A program made the position numbers and the translations under genes. Positions 1-12,436 of a stretch of 64,000 bases of DNA are shown piece after piece. Numbering within the stretch: position 1 is the first letter of the stretch; each line of letters starts with the position of its first letter. This stretch comes from Hormiphora californensis (lineage: Eukaryota > Animalia > Ctenophora): positions 7,316,001 through 7,380,000 of the forward strand of contig CM035351.1 of NCBI GenBank assembly GCA_020137815.1, in the 5' to 3' direction. The notes under the pieces were generated by a model. The model was given only the letters and a program-made list of their open reading frames with translations. It was not told the origin of the DNA and ran no database searches.

Positions 1-148
1 GAATTTTATGTCCCTTACATCTAAGGTGGTTAGAAACAATTCTTTACCATTACATAATTCTTTACCATGTCTCATGCGACCTCCTATAGAAAGAGAGACA
101 TAATGAAAAATGGTAGACTATTTAAAAGTATATGAATTACTCTCTCAC

Positions 149-993
149 CTTGCGTGGTTAATCCAGACGAGCCACTTGTAGTTACCCCCTAGGTAGTGGG
201 CACTGAAGAACAGATTGTAGATGGAGAGGGGGAAGGAGGTGAGGACATTTGTCAGACATACCGCTACCATCATACGTGCTGACCTGGGAAAGGGAGTAGA
301 GTGAGTGACATATATACAGTAGTAGATAGATACATGGGTAGAGTGGTAGAGTGGTAGATAGGTAGATAGATAGATAGATAGAGTGGTAGTTAGAGATATA
401 TTTTATAGACAGATATAGAGTGGTAGTTTGTGTGAATGCCGTGGTGGTAACGAGGTGTGTGGTAATTCATTATCGCTGCATTGTTACGAGATATGTATCT
501 ACTAAGTGATATGATATGTGTATCTACTGACGAGATACAATGTATCTATTGACCTTGTTCCAGCTTCCTGCCATAACTCTAACGCCCGGTGGTTTTTAGT
601 CAAAACAGCCCGCTGTAGCCCGTGAACGTGTTGATCTCGAGGTGTCCCCATAACCGAAGGTCTGTCCCCGGCCCCCATTCGAGGTGTAGAGAGAGGGAAG
701 AAACCCTCTCCACCTGCTTCGTGCCACTTCCTTATCATGGCACCCACAACAGCAGAGTAACCCAGGACTAGGAGAACCTGGAGGACCATGAAACCAATTG
801 TGTCCAGGGAGAACATGGTCTTGATCAGACCCCATGGAGCTGAAACATAGAATTAAGATTGGGTCACTCTGACACTATAGAAGGACCTCCCCATTCTCTC
901 TCGATCTCTCCCACCCGCTCTCTATCTCTCCCACCCCCTCTCCAGTCTCCACTCTCTCTCCCAACCTCTCTATAATATCTCCCTCTCTCCCAC

Positions 994-1055
<62 letters not shown>

Positions 1056-1062
1056 TCTCTCG

Positions 1063-1117
<55 letters not shown>

Positions 1118-2320
1118 CCTCTCTCTCTCTTCATTTCATACCGACTGTATCGGGAGGGAACAACACCACTATGCAATTCAGCACGTCGTGATCGTAACAA
1201 GATGCCACCACTTTGGTTGAATGAAGGACGGTACACTGTACCAAATTGTAGAACAACGGTACCCCCAACCTGTAGTAGGGAGATTTGATCATGACAGAAG
1301 ATTCGGAGACCTGATGATGGAAAATCCTACAGTTTACACGTGATATTTACCCGATTGCCAGGCTGATTTTGAATCCCTTTGATTGTCGGTAGTTGGCCGG
1401 GTGTTTCACCATCCGGTAACGATCCACTGCAATGACAACTAACATACCCATTGCCATGTACTTTAGTAGTTGATCAGCCCACATTACAAACCTGAACATA
1501 CGGTATATTATTGCACTCAAACTCAGCTGAGAAAAGAAATAATAAAAACAAAGCTTCTTGAATAGAAGATATCCCTTCAATTTCTTAAAAGTGATTCTAT
1601 AAAGTGATACAAAACTGACCCGCAGACTACAAGGTAGTTCCTGAACAGGATCCCTGAAGTGTTCATATTAAGAAGGGCGGAGGACCCCACCATGAATATA
1701 GTGAGACCATCTATAGATGCCAGTACCATGGTATACCTGACGTAGAGGTAAAGTAGTTAGGGGGTTAGTGGTGAAGTAGTATATAACAGTGGTGCTTGTA
1801 GTGGTGAAGTGTAGTTAGGGGGTTGAGTAAAGAATGCAAATGGTGATAAATACCTGCCGAAATGACACTTCAATTGCAGTAAAGAATGGCGATATATAAT
1901 GATCCGGGGAGACCACCAAATAAGGTGACTAAAGTGGAGGAATGTGTTACCTGCAGGATACGTTTTGTCGAAGATTCTTGTTTCGTGTGATTGCAATAAC
2001 TGTCAACAGATTAAGGATCACACCAGGAATGAACAAAACCTAAAATATATATCACGGTTAATTAAACCCGAACAGACTGCATGCAGCTTTGTTTTCAAGG
2101 AAATTGATGTTAAGAAAGAACTCCTGAAAAAATGAAATCAAAAGTGTCATACCATCCAGAAGATATTGATAATAACGGTCTGTGGATCATCTCCATCGCC
2201 AATCCTACTCGCTCTCTCTGCCATACTGTAGTTGTCATATTCCTGACACGCCGCCGCGAAGGTCAGGTTCACAGCCTCTATAGTAGGCTCTACAGCTAGA
2301 GGCTCCACCGTCTCTGCCAT
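149..2320 (-). CDS. Class A (rhodopsin-like) orphan GPCR, 7 exons visible; TM7 and stop lie beyond the window start
   Basis: GT-AG, phase-compatible exons at about 2320-2153, 2039-1951, 1736-1620, 1491-1351, 1270-1142, 839-554 and 283-149. TM1 VLFIPGVILNLLTVIAI, TM2 LASID (LAxxD), TM3 VVCG...IAVDRY, an ECL2 Cys, TM5 VLLVLGYSAV, TM6 SARMMVAVCLTNVLTSFP. Confidence 0.88.
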
Positions 2321-3157
2321 GTGTTCTGTTAAAAAAATTAAATTAGGCCAGTCACTTTTTGCTAAAATGGTGAACTGAGACATAACAAAGGTTTACCACT
2401 TGCATTGTACTCCTATGGGGTCCCAGAAACACCAAAAAAATCGTCCACTCCAACCGAGGTGAAGAAAGTGCCCAAAATGACCACGCCCTTTTTGCCTGTA
2501 TTTTCAGCCTTGGCCAAAAATAGCAACTTTGCTTTGGATTGGAGTAGAGACAAAAATGAGGGCACTAAAATGTGTAGAATGAGCAGCAGAATCGATTGGG
2601 ACCAGGCAGAAGTCGCTATCTTGATAGTTGTGCAGTTGGAAATGAAGGAACAATTCAAACTTCAACTAAACGTATACTGCATAGAAAGCAAATTCAACAG
2701 CTTAACTAAAATATATACTGCATAAAAGAGAGCAAGAGAGAGAGAGAGAGATAGAGAGAATTAACGAGACACATCTTTCGTAGAATAACTATAGTACCCG
2801 TACTACTGCATTATTTGGGACAGGCTTGATATTGCTGGTTTGGCTTGTCGAAATTAGCGCAAGTAATTTTACGAGACAAAGTAATTAGCGTGGCTAGTGG
2901 GGTGCCCGCTACAGTATTATATTTTTCTAATACAGCTGATTACACACATGACTAAGTTTTAGCACTACAGATATGTTATAATAGCCCCCCACTTTCACTA
3001 AACCACGTGCTTGGCTGTGGTATAATACTGCACTTACATTACACACAATACTTTACAGTCATGTTATAGTACATGAGAAAGGGTGTTTCAAAAAGTTGGA
3101 GCCACTTTGAGATAATGGATGTAAAATTGCAATTCTCTGTTGGGGGACACCTCTTCT

Positions 3158-3598
3158 TGACAAGCGAGAGAGTAAAGCTCACGCCATATTTCATTTCATA
3201 AATGTTTTCTTGTGTTGGTGCTCAACTTTTCATAAATTGGAGAAATAGTTTTATCGCCACATTAAACTTTATCAAAAATGACTCCAACTTTATTAATCAC
3301 TCTTTATAGTGCATTCCCCAGTACTAAAACGTGAGAAAAAACGTGGAATAGTATGCGTCAAAGCTTCAATTGACAAGCGAGAGAGTGACAGTGCAACTTT
3401 CATTTTGTGTAGCTCACGCCTGCATAAACTTCATAAACTGTTTCTTGGTGTGTTGGTGCTCAACTTTCATTTAACCATAAATTGGAGAAATAGTTTTATC
3501 GCCACATTAAACTTTATCAAAAATGACTCCAACCACTCTTTATAGTACATTCCCCAGTACTAAAACGTGAGGAAAAAAACGTGGAATAGTATGCGTCA
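3158..3598. repeat. Imperfect tandem duplication of a ~210-bp segment (2 copies)
   Basis: ttgacaagcgagagagt...gtggaatagtatgcgtcaa occurs at about 3158-3360 and again at about 3370-3598. Confidence 0.8.
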
Positions 3599-4217
3599 AT
3601 GAGCGGTATATAACAAGCTGGTTACAAGCTGTAAAAATGGCTGCATGACCATGAAGAAAGCATGAGCAATTCCAGGCTGCAGCTGATTTGAAATGAAGAT
3701 ATACCACAAGCTGCTACATATAAAATAACAGCTATACCGAGGTATGAGAACAACAGTGCAGGGTATACTGTAGCTCGGAAGTACGTATGACGTCATAGTT
3801 CAAATAGAATTAACTAATTAGCAGGACCATGTGCACACAAGTGTGTCATATATTGTACGGCGAGAGAGACAACCAACCGTGTATATCACAGCAGTAGTGT
3901 AATTTTCATAGCGAGAGAGAATAAAGAGAAATAAGTGATATGATATAATCTGCCTTGCCACTGGCAAATGAAGAGTTTTCGGCTACCGCGTCAATATTAC
4001 AGATCAAGAATTATCAACCAACGACAAATATATATAGCCTTATCTAATATTAATATGTCGTAATTTCAACAACAATTCTATAGCCTCCATTTAAACAGAA
4101 CTCCTCGCAATAATTATCCTAGATCTCAAACAACACACTCTTTTTTCATCATCTACTTAGTAGGTACAATTCCAGTGTTAGATCTTAATTCTTAGCTAAA
4201 TTGAACCAAGATATAAG

Positions 4218-4584
<367 letters not shown>

Positions 4585-5242
4585 GATTTAACGGGTGAAG
4601 GTGTTCTATCGGTGCGAGAGCAACTATAATAGCTAGTCAATATTTTTTCAAGAACCTAGACGGATAGACCTGGCATGTACATGGTACATATATGACGCTG
4701 GCGATAGCCAAAGCCCGGGCAGTCGAACAAAATTGTTCTACCTGGACCTTGTTTCCGAAACAACCAGCAATAGTTTTTATCTGGGCTCCCCTGACTTTAA
4801 TGGTTAGAACTTCTAATACTTAGAAGAAAGGGAATATAATCTGACCTCCTCTTCTAGTACTGACACATATCATAGCGACATATATCATATATGGGCTGTC
4901 TAATTAGCCTCTTTATGCAGGCAGTAAGAGTAATATCATAAGCACCTGTCATAAAGATTTTGGGATGCTGAAATGTGAAGGGTATAACAGAGAAGAAGGG
5001 TGCGCCGACTTAATACTGATCACGAAAGTTCATGGAATTGTTCCTGAAGAATATAAGTGTTCAATGTGGAAAGTGGGATTTCCATAGAAGCTGCAGTTGG
5101 TATAAGTGGTAACAACATATTTAACGGTCCGTTATTGTTTTTATTAACTAGCGAGTGAGCCTTAATAATTAAGGCTCACTCGCTACGTGACAACAACATC
5201 ACGAGCCAGCGATCTGACTTCTGAGAATTCAAGAGATTCTAA

Positions 5243-5423
5243 CACGGTCGCTTGTAGTGGGAAAACGGTAATGGAAAACTGAGATACAGTAAGACGACAC
5301 GCAACCGTGGCCAATCAGGGCGATAGTACGTGCTGAACACATGCACTTTTTGCCGCGCGTTATGCAACGTGCGTGTCTCATTACTGTATTTCCATTACGG
5401 TAAGACGACTACAAGCACTGTTA
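5243..5423 (+). mobile_element. ~180-bp MITE-like dispersed repeat, copy 1 of 3
   Basis: acacggtcgcttgtagtgggaaaacggtaatggaaaac...caagcactgt recurs at 46392-46573 (reverse) and 62892-63076. Imperfect terminal inverted repeats. Confidence 0.75.
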
Positions 5424-6617
5424 CCCTGCCGTCGCGGGCCCCGAAGGTAAAAAGTTGACAAATATCAAGTAACAGACGAGTGGGAAAGAATATGCCGTGA
5501 CTCTTTATTTTCTACGAAATTTACAAAATTTGTCTGTCATCGTGGGACGTGGTGAGGGTCGATCAAGTCTAATATCCACAGTATGTATTTCCCCCTCTCC
5601 CTAGATTGACTTGGATATCGCACCTATGTTAGAAAACATTCCATGTATTACGAAAGTAAACCATTTCAGACTAAGTAAGAGAGAATTTTTCTGCGGTACA
5701 CATTATATTGCGTCGGAAGACATTTACAATGTGTGTGAATATTCCTAGTATATTCAAAAGCTGTACCACTATGCTGTATAATGCAGGCTATAACGGTAGG
5801 ATAATGCAGGCTATACCGGTAGGATATATCGGGCTTCTAGAAAGACCGATCGGCGGTGGTGTAAATGGGCATAATAGTAGTACATCTAGTAAAACACTGT
5901 TTTTCATACAGTGTCCCCTAGTCGAGCTGAAATGATTTGTTTATGGGTGAAAAGTGCTTTAGGAAAGTGCTTCTATAAATACCCCCAAACTGAGTTTACT
6001 GAACGCTTCTTGAGATATTAAATTAAAGAATGGGGGATCCATACTTCAGACTGAAGGCAGTTAGCAGCAGCAAGTGTACTGCCCTTTTTTAGTGTGGGTT
6101 AATAATGATGTGAAAAATGTATGAACTGGTTTCATTTTCAAGACCCTCGTATATGGCCTAAAATAGTCCCTCTCTCTCCCTTTCTCTTCTTCTCCATTTC
6201 ATTCTCACCCTCTTCTCTATCCCTATTATAGTTCTCTCATTTGTGAAAATCTGATCGTAGATGTTACAAGCAGGTTCTAGAATTTACATATTTGTAGGGC
6301 TAAGTAAAAAACTTTAAAAGATCTATGATTACACCCCCCCCCCCTCCATCCAATCCGTCAGCCCTCGACAGGTAATCATGCTGTGTTATAATATCTACAA
6401 TTACATATCTACTGCAGCTGTTATATAGGGAGGTGACAAATTATGTATGTGTTACAACAACTATAAAAGGTGTTTACAGGTACAACACAAGCCAATAATA
6501 TCGATTCATCAGATGTGAAGTTTGGTAGAGGTTGTGGGTTGTGTCACAGTGCTTGGACATATGGTAGCATGTGATTGCATGAGCCAATTAGTAGATTGTT
6601 CTCTATCTCTTGTGTTA

Positions 6618-6719
<102 letters not shown>

Positions 6720-7846
6720 TTTCTCTCTCTCTGGTCTCTCACGCTACCACCAATCTGTCTTTCTCTTTCTCAAGCCCTCGTTTTCTCTCTCCATATTTTA
6801 CCGACTTCATATGTTTCTATTCTATCCCCGCTATCTCGCCCTGAGCCCTCCATCCCTCTATCTCGAGATATCTCGCCCTCCCTCATGTCTAGCCTTCTTC
6901 TCTATCCATCCCTCTATCTTTCTTCTCTCTATCTCGCTATCATACTTTTTCACACACTCACTCACAATTCGAATTGGTTTTACTAATTACTTTTTAGCAT
7001 CAAGGGTAATTTTGCGAACATATTAGGACATAAATTTATGGAGAAGAGGTTATCATTAATCTTTTAAAACTAAAATTTTAGAATGTGAATCATAACGTCG
7101 AAGTTAATATCTAATAGCACCGTAATGCTACATATAATATTCTATCCTAAGCTGGCCGTAACTACTAAACTTCTGGGGCGTCTGAGATAAGCTAACAGGT
7201 TTCCGGCTGTTCTGAGCGCTGATGTGCGGGAGAACGGGTCTGGCGGGCACTCTAGGCAGAGCTGTTACCTGATAACTATTTAATGAATTTTACCCCGCCC
7301 TTGGTGACGCAGTCACCCCTAGTCCTACACTGCAGCCGCGCGCAGCGGGGCTAAACGAAGCACGCGGAGCAGGCTGAGTATTATAACAAAATAGGGGATT
7401 TCATCACCAAACCCCGACCCTAACCGGTGTGCGATTATTCTTACTCCCCCACCTAAGCAAATTGGTACCGAATTTTTCATTTATATATGATAAAACGCTC
7501 CCCTCTCTCTCCATTTCTATACCCATTATCAGCAGCATATTCTGTGACCTAGATTACTTAACACATGAAATGGGGAATATTCCTATACCAGGAAGGCAGC
7601 GGTTTAGTAAACCACACCTATAAAACCATACAGAAGATCTATAATAATGGCAAACCGAGAAAAGCATGCAGCATATATTCAGGTGCCGGTAGACGAGAGA
7701 AGGCAAGGTCATAATCTGATTTGATGATGCTCATCTAATCCTAGCCCTACTATTTTGTCCTACATTTCTATGATTTACCCAGCAATATGATATCGTCAAA
7801 CAGACATAATTTACAAGCTGTGAGACGAATTTGAAAACCAACCCCC

Positions 7847-7985
7847 CTAACATGTCATTTTGGAAAGTAAATGGGACCTACTATACTACCTAACATGTAC
7901 TTTTGGAAAGTAAATGGGACCTACTATACTACCTAACATGTACTTTTGGAAAGTAAATGGGACCTACTATTATACCTAACATGTC
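7847..7985. repeat. 43-bp tandem repeat, about 3 copies
   Basis: Unit cctaacatgtacttttggaaagtaaatgggacctactatacta. Confidence 0.85.
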
Positions 7986-8749
7986 CTTTTATTTTGAAAA
8001 GCAATCATGGGATTAGAATATGCTTTCTGCAGGGGGAAATGGAGGGGGAAATAAGATACCCTACTCCATTAGATTAAACAAACAATATATCGATTGTTAT
8101 TCTTCAAGAAATGTTAAAGATAAAATGTTGAGCTATCGTACGTTGCATATAGTAGAATATTATGATATCTCATGGAAAAATTTAGAATTTTTTTGAAATG
8201 TCACGCATGATATGTATTATGAATTCAACCAATGAATTCTCTTGACAGGTGCACAATGACACACTGATTTCTTGACAGGTGTTTAGCGCCGTTTAGCGAA
8301 TAATGCCGATGCATATTTTATGAAAGTGCAGATTTTTTTTCTCGAAGTAAAGAGAGGAAAATTTACATAAAAAGAGTGATAATACATTGAATAATAAGTT
8401 GAATTTTTGCATTTTTATCTAAGATTAACATCCGTACATAACAGGTTTAGTACTCCCTGAAAATATGACGAGATACTTCCGACATGTTACATGGTAGTTT
8501 AGGGTTTGGAAGACGCAAGCTAAAGATATTCGTGTTTTTGCACTGAATTTCAGCATACATGGTGACAGAGCTAGGTCTTAACTCCTAACTGTCAGGACAA
8601 TTGCCACATGTAGGGTTCCCTGTCAACTGATTTCCTTGCTCGTTTGATCTCACAAAGTGTAGTACATAAAGGGAGAGTATATAATACCGTTGGATTTATC
8701 CAAGTCGACCTGCAGCTTTGTCTATTCTTCATAGTTTCTGTAAACGTAT

Positions 8750-10633
8750 CTAACACGAGAAGGGAAGTCGATCCTGTGGGCATCCCTGAGCGACGACATC
8801 CAAGAACCAATCACACTCCCTCCTCGGGCAAGCATCAACAGATTCCGGAGCTGGAGTTCCACTCCTCAGAGCACACCCGTACTGGAACGCCTGATTGAGA
8901 GAGCACTCCTGCATGGGTGTCATCCTATCTCCATTACACTGCAGCTCGTTACAGCTCTTGGTAGCACCGTTTCCACAATTTCCCCACCTCCACAACCTGT
9001 TATTGGTTATGTCGTAGTCAGCACAGCCCCGTGCATCCCGGCCTCCGCACTCATCAGCCCTGGTGTCCAACCTACACTTCCCCCCGGTGTACCCGACCTG
9101 CCAGTTCCTCCTGTTCCCAGAGTACGATCCGAAACAGAGACCCACCTCTGACCTGCCAAAGGTGAGGCTTCGTTTGGGGTCTGTCCTCACGTTCTTGAGG
9201 GAGATGTGACCCGCCATGATGCCGTCGTAGAAGGCCATGAACCCGGGACAATCCACGATGGCATGCCACTCGTCGAATTTGATGTTACAATTGGTTCCGG
9301 GGACATCTCTAGGATCTCCCTGTCTGTTAAGAGGCCACTTGGCGCCGTTCATGTTGACAAACCAACCTCGTTGTACCTCAAACATTCCCGAACCAACGTA
9401 GAAAGTCATGGCCTGTAGGGAATCCTTCCCTTGGAAGTTATCGAACGTGCCGTAGATGTAGAACGGGTTACGGTAGCCGTTTTCTTGATCCAAGTCAGCC
9501 GCCAGGACGTGAGAACAGGCAAAGTCGTAGAAGTTAGCGGAGTCATCAAACTGCTCCACAACCCCAGATGGGAAGATGGTACAGGTGGGCATCTGTTCTC
9601 TGGCTTCAACGTTATCAGAGAACGTAGGTGGTTCTGTGTACTCCATCTCCAGATTGAACTTGCTGGTGTACTCCCGGTTACATTGCCTGATAGTGGCAAC
9701 ATACTCCCCCTCATCACCATCACCTATTGTTAACTGGAGAGATCCACGGGTCTCAGAAAGGGTCCTATACCTTCCACCCTCCATGTGCTTCCACTCAACC
9801 TCAGCCCGGGGTGTTCCGTACCTGGAGATGCCAGCATTGAGCCTCACTCGCTCTCCCATCTCAACCATCTGGGTGATGTCCTGTTCTCGTACCCTCATCC
9901 GGTCCTCAACATCACACTCACAGGTCCAGGTTCCATCAGTGTAGTCAGGCGTACACCTATCCATGGGTCCACAGTCGGACAGTTCCTCACAAATGTCCGC
10001 TACGATCACCTCACATTGGGCCTTGGTGGTGAGTCCCTGGGGCAGACCACTGCCGTGCTGGACTACGCACGTGTAAAACCCTTCGTGATCATCCTTGTTG
10101 GCGTCATTGTAGTAGGAAAACTCTCTTTTGACTGTCCTGTAGCTGTCTTCTGTCAGAATGGCCTCGAATTCCGAGGGAGGTAACTCCTCATGTGGCATGA
10201 ACAACTGAAGAGGGAATATATTTGTTACAATTAACACAATATTGCAGCATTATTATTATTATTGTGGGCTTAAGGGTACGCTGGAAAGCGCCCTGTTTTG
10301 AATATTTTTCCACACGACAAAAAAAAATCTGAAAAAATGCTTAAAACTCCTGATAAATCGAAAAAATACGATTAAGGGCCCATTAACGAAAAGTTTTAGG
10401 TATCTTGTCAACCTTTAAAGTCTCACCTTGATATGTTCTAACCCTCGGAGGAGAGAGAGAGAGAGAGGGTCGAACTATAGGCTCACCTTTATAGCAATAG
10501 CGATGTCACTACCACAGCCGATGTCAAAGAAATCTCCAGGCTTTACCCACTTCTTCGTACAGAGGTCAATATCCCCGAATCTCTGACCGAGAACGGACGA
10601 GAATGTCAGCGCCAGTAGCGCCACCAAAATCAT
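8750..10633 (-). CDS. Secreted Cys-rich protein: signal peptide, Ig-like, EGF-like, Ig-like, VWD-like, Cys-rich tail (about 533 aa)
   Basis: Exon 1 (10633-10487, MILVALLALTFSSVLG...IAIK|gtgag) splices in phase 0 to exon 2 (10204-8750). Ig motifs DHEGFYTCVV and VEWKH...GDEGEYVA; EGF-like CEELSDCGPMDRC...TCEC; VWD start TCTIFPSGVVEQFDD...YDFACSHVLA and later GLCFG. Confidence 0.82.
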
Positions 10634-11679
10634 TTCTAGGGGGTACAGTTATTAAGTACCAACATTGCGAACTACACATAGGATAGGAGACAGCGCCTGC
10701 TACCAAAACAAAAAGTTTTAGGTGTGGCATTTTAGGTTACTACATTAGTGGCAGGCCGAGCACGGCAAATTTCTGCAGCATCCACGCCAAAATAACTGCG
10801 TGATTTTTGAGAAATAGATCTCTAGCGCCTGCAGCAGCAGCATATATGAGCAACTATGTCAGGAGGACAAATATATAACGTGACAGGGGTTTGTATATGC
10901 AGGATATTTATCCTTGCAAGGATCGCCCTCCAGCGCTGGGTAATCATATTAATAAGTAATCGTGCATAATAGAACGAGAGAGAGAGAGCTGAGGGGAGAC
11001 ATGGAGCGAGGGGATCTGGGGGTCACGTGGGGGTCATCTGAAAAAGAGAGATCTAGGGAATAAGAAAAGCAGGTTAGAGATACCTGAGATACTTTTATAT
11101 GACATATATTTGCAGCTTACCCCTCCCTTGTTGACGCACGAAGGCCAAGGTCGTGAGGCGAGGGGTTATTTCGTAACCGCAAGGTATTATAGGGCTTAGA
11201 CAATGATTGCTATATCCTATGGGATCACAATTCCTGTACTAGACAACTTCAAACGGTGTCGAACATGGACGTTATAATATTGACTGACTCGAAATGTAGA
11301 CAGAGTTGGCATGGGACGGAGCCAGAGACCGTGTTGACGGAGACTGGGGTGTAGACGGAGCACGTTATAATGCAACATTGAAACTGAATAATGCAGTTCA
11401 CGTGTCCAATCACTTTGTGTGTCGCGACAATTCAGAACCTATCAGGAACCAGGCCGTCCCGACCCTTAGAATATAGTCACGTGTGTTGCATTCCCCTACA
11501 GTCTGACACATCATAAGTTCTCTCCAGGTTGAATAACCCGGATATAGCAATAGCTGCAGATCCATATTATGTGAATAAAATTAATTGTTTTTGTGTGACT
11601 TGGTACCCTCTAGTCGACATGGAGAGGTTTCAATTTAATAGTGTTTTCTGAGAAGTTACAACTGTTTTCCTCCCCTCAG

Positions 11680-12169
11680 AGACGAAGCAAAGTTTACGGC
11701 AGACAGAGGAGAAGAACAGGAAGAAGGAGAAGGAGAAGATAGAACTCGAGGGTCACCTTGTGAAAGTAAGGAGTGAGCTGAATAAAACTGAGACCAAGTT
11801 GAAAGAAATCAAAGAAAGGGTAAGTTTTATTTCATGAATAAATTGTGATGATATCCGTACCCTATAGTAAACGTGGGAGGTCTGTTAGTTGCAGAAACAG
11901 CTCTGTTTTTTTGCAAATATATACAGGTTTTCAAAAACAGCTCTGTTTTTGCAACAGTTTGGAACAATTAAAACAGAACCATGGTTACCACTACTAAACT
12001 ATGGGATCCTAATATTCAGGAGGCTACGTTACAAGGGACACTCTCTGAGCGGGATACCCTGGTTGAAGATCAGAAAATCAAGATCAAGGAGCAAACTGGG
12101 GAGATTGAGAAGTTCAAGAATTTAATGGCCATGTTCCACAACCTGAGCAACACAGGCACTGCGAAATGA
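11680..12169 (+). CDS. Last two exons of a coiled-coil protein; 5' exons not located
   Basis: Exon 11680-11819 (TKQSLRQTEEKNRKKEKEKIELEGHLVKVRSELNKTETKLKEIKER|gtaagt) joins in phase 0 to exon 12020-12169 (EATLQGTLSERDTLVEDQKIKIKEQTGEIEKFKNLMAMFHNLSNTGTAK*). Good splice sites and heptad-like composition. Confidence 0.6.
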
Positions 12170-12436
12170 ACGCAGGAGGAGTGGAAGATTCAATGGTGTC
12201 TTGGTCTTCTTCAAATTAGGGAACGAGACGTGAGAAGCTAATTCGTGATGAAAAATTGTTGGTTATTCAAGAACACGTAAGGACAATTACATTGTTGTAA
12301 GTGACAAGTCAAACTTCAAAATCCAATATTAGGATATTTTTGTAGTCTATTCCCATATGTCATTAGACCCGGATATATTCACATATAAGATTCGGACAAA
12401 CAATATATTATCAGGGGAGTTTCACAAAAAGAAACT

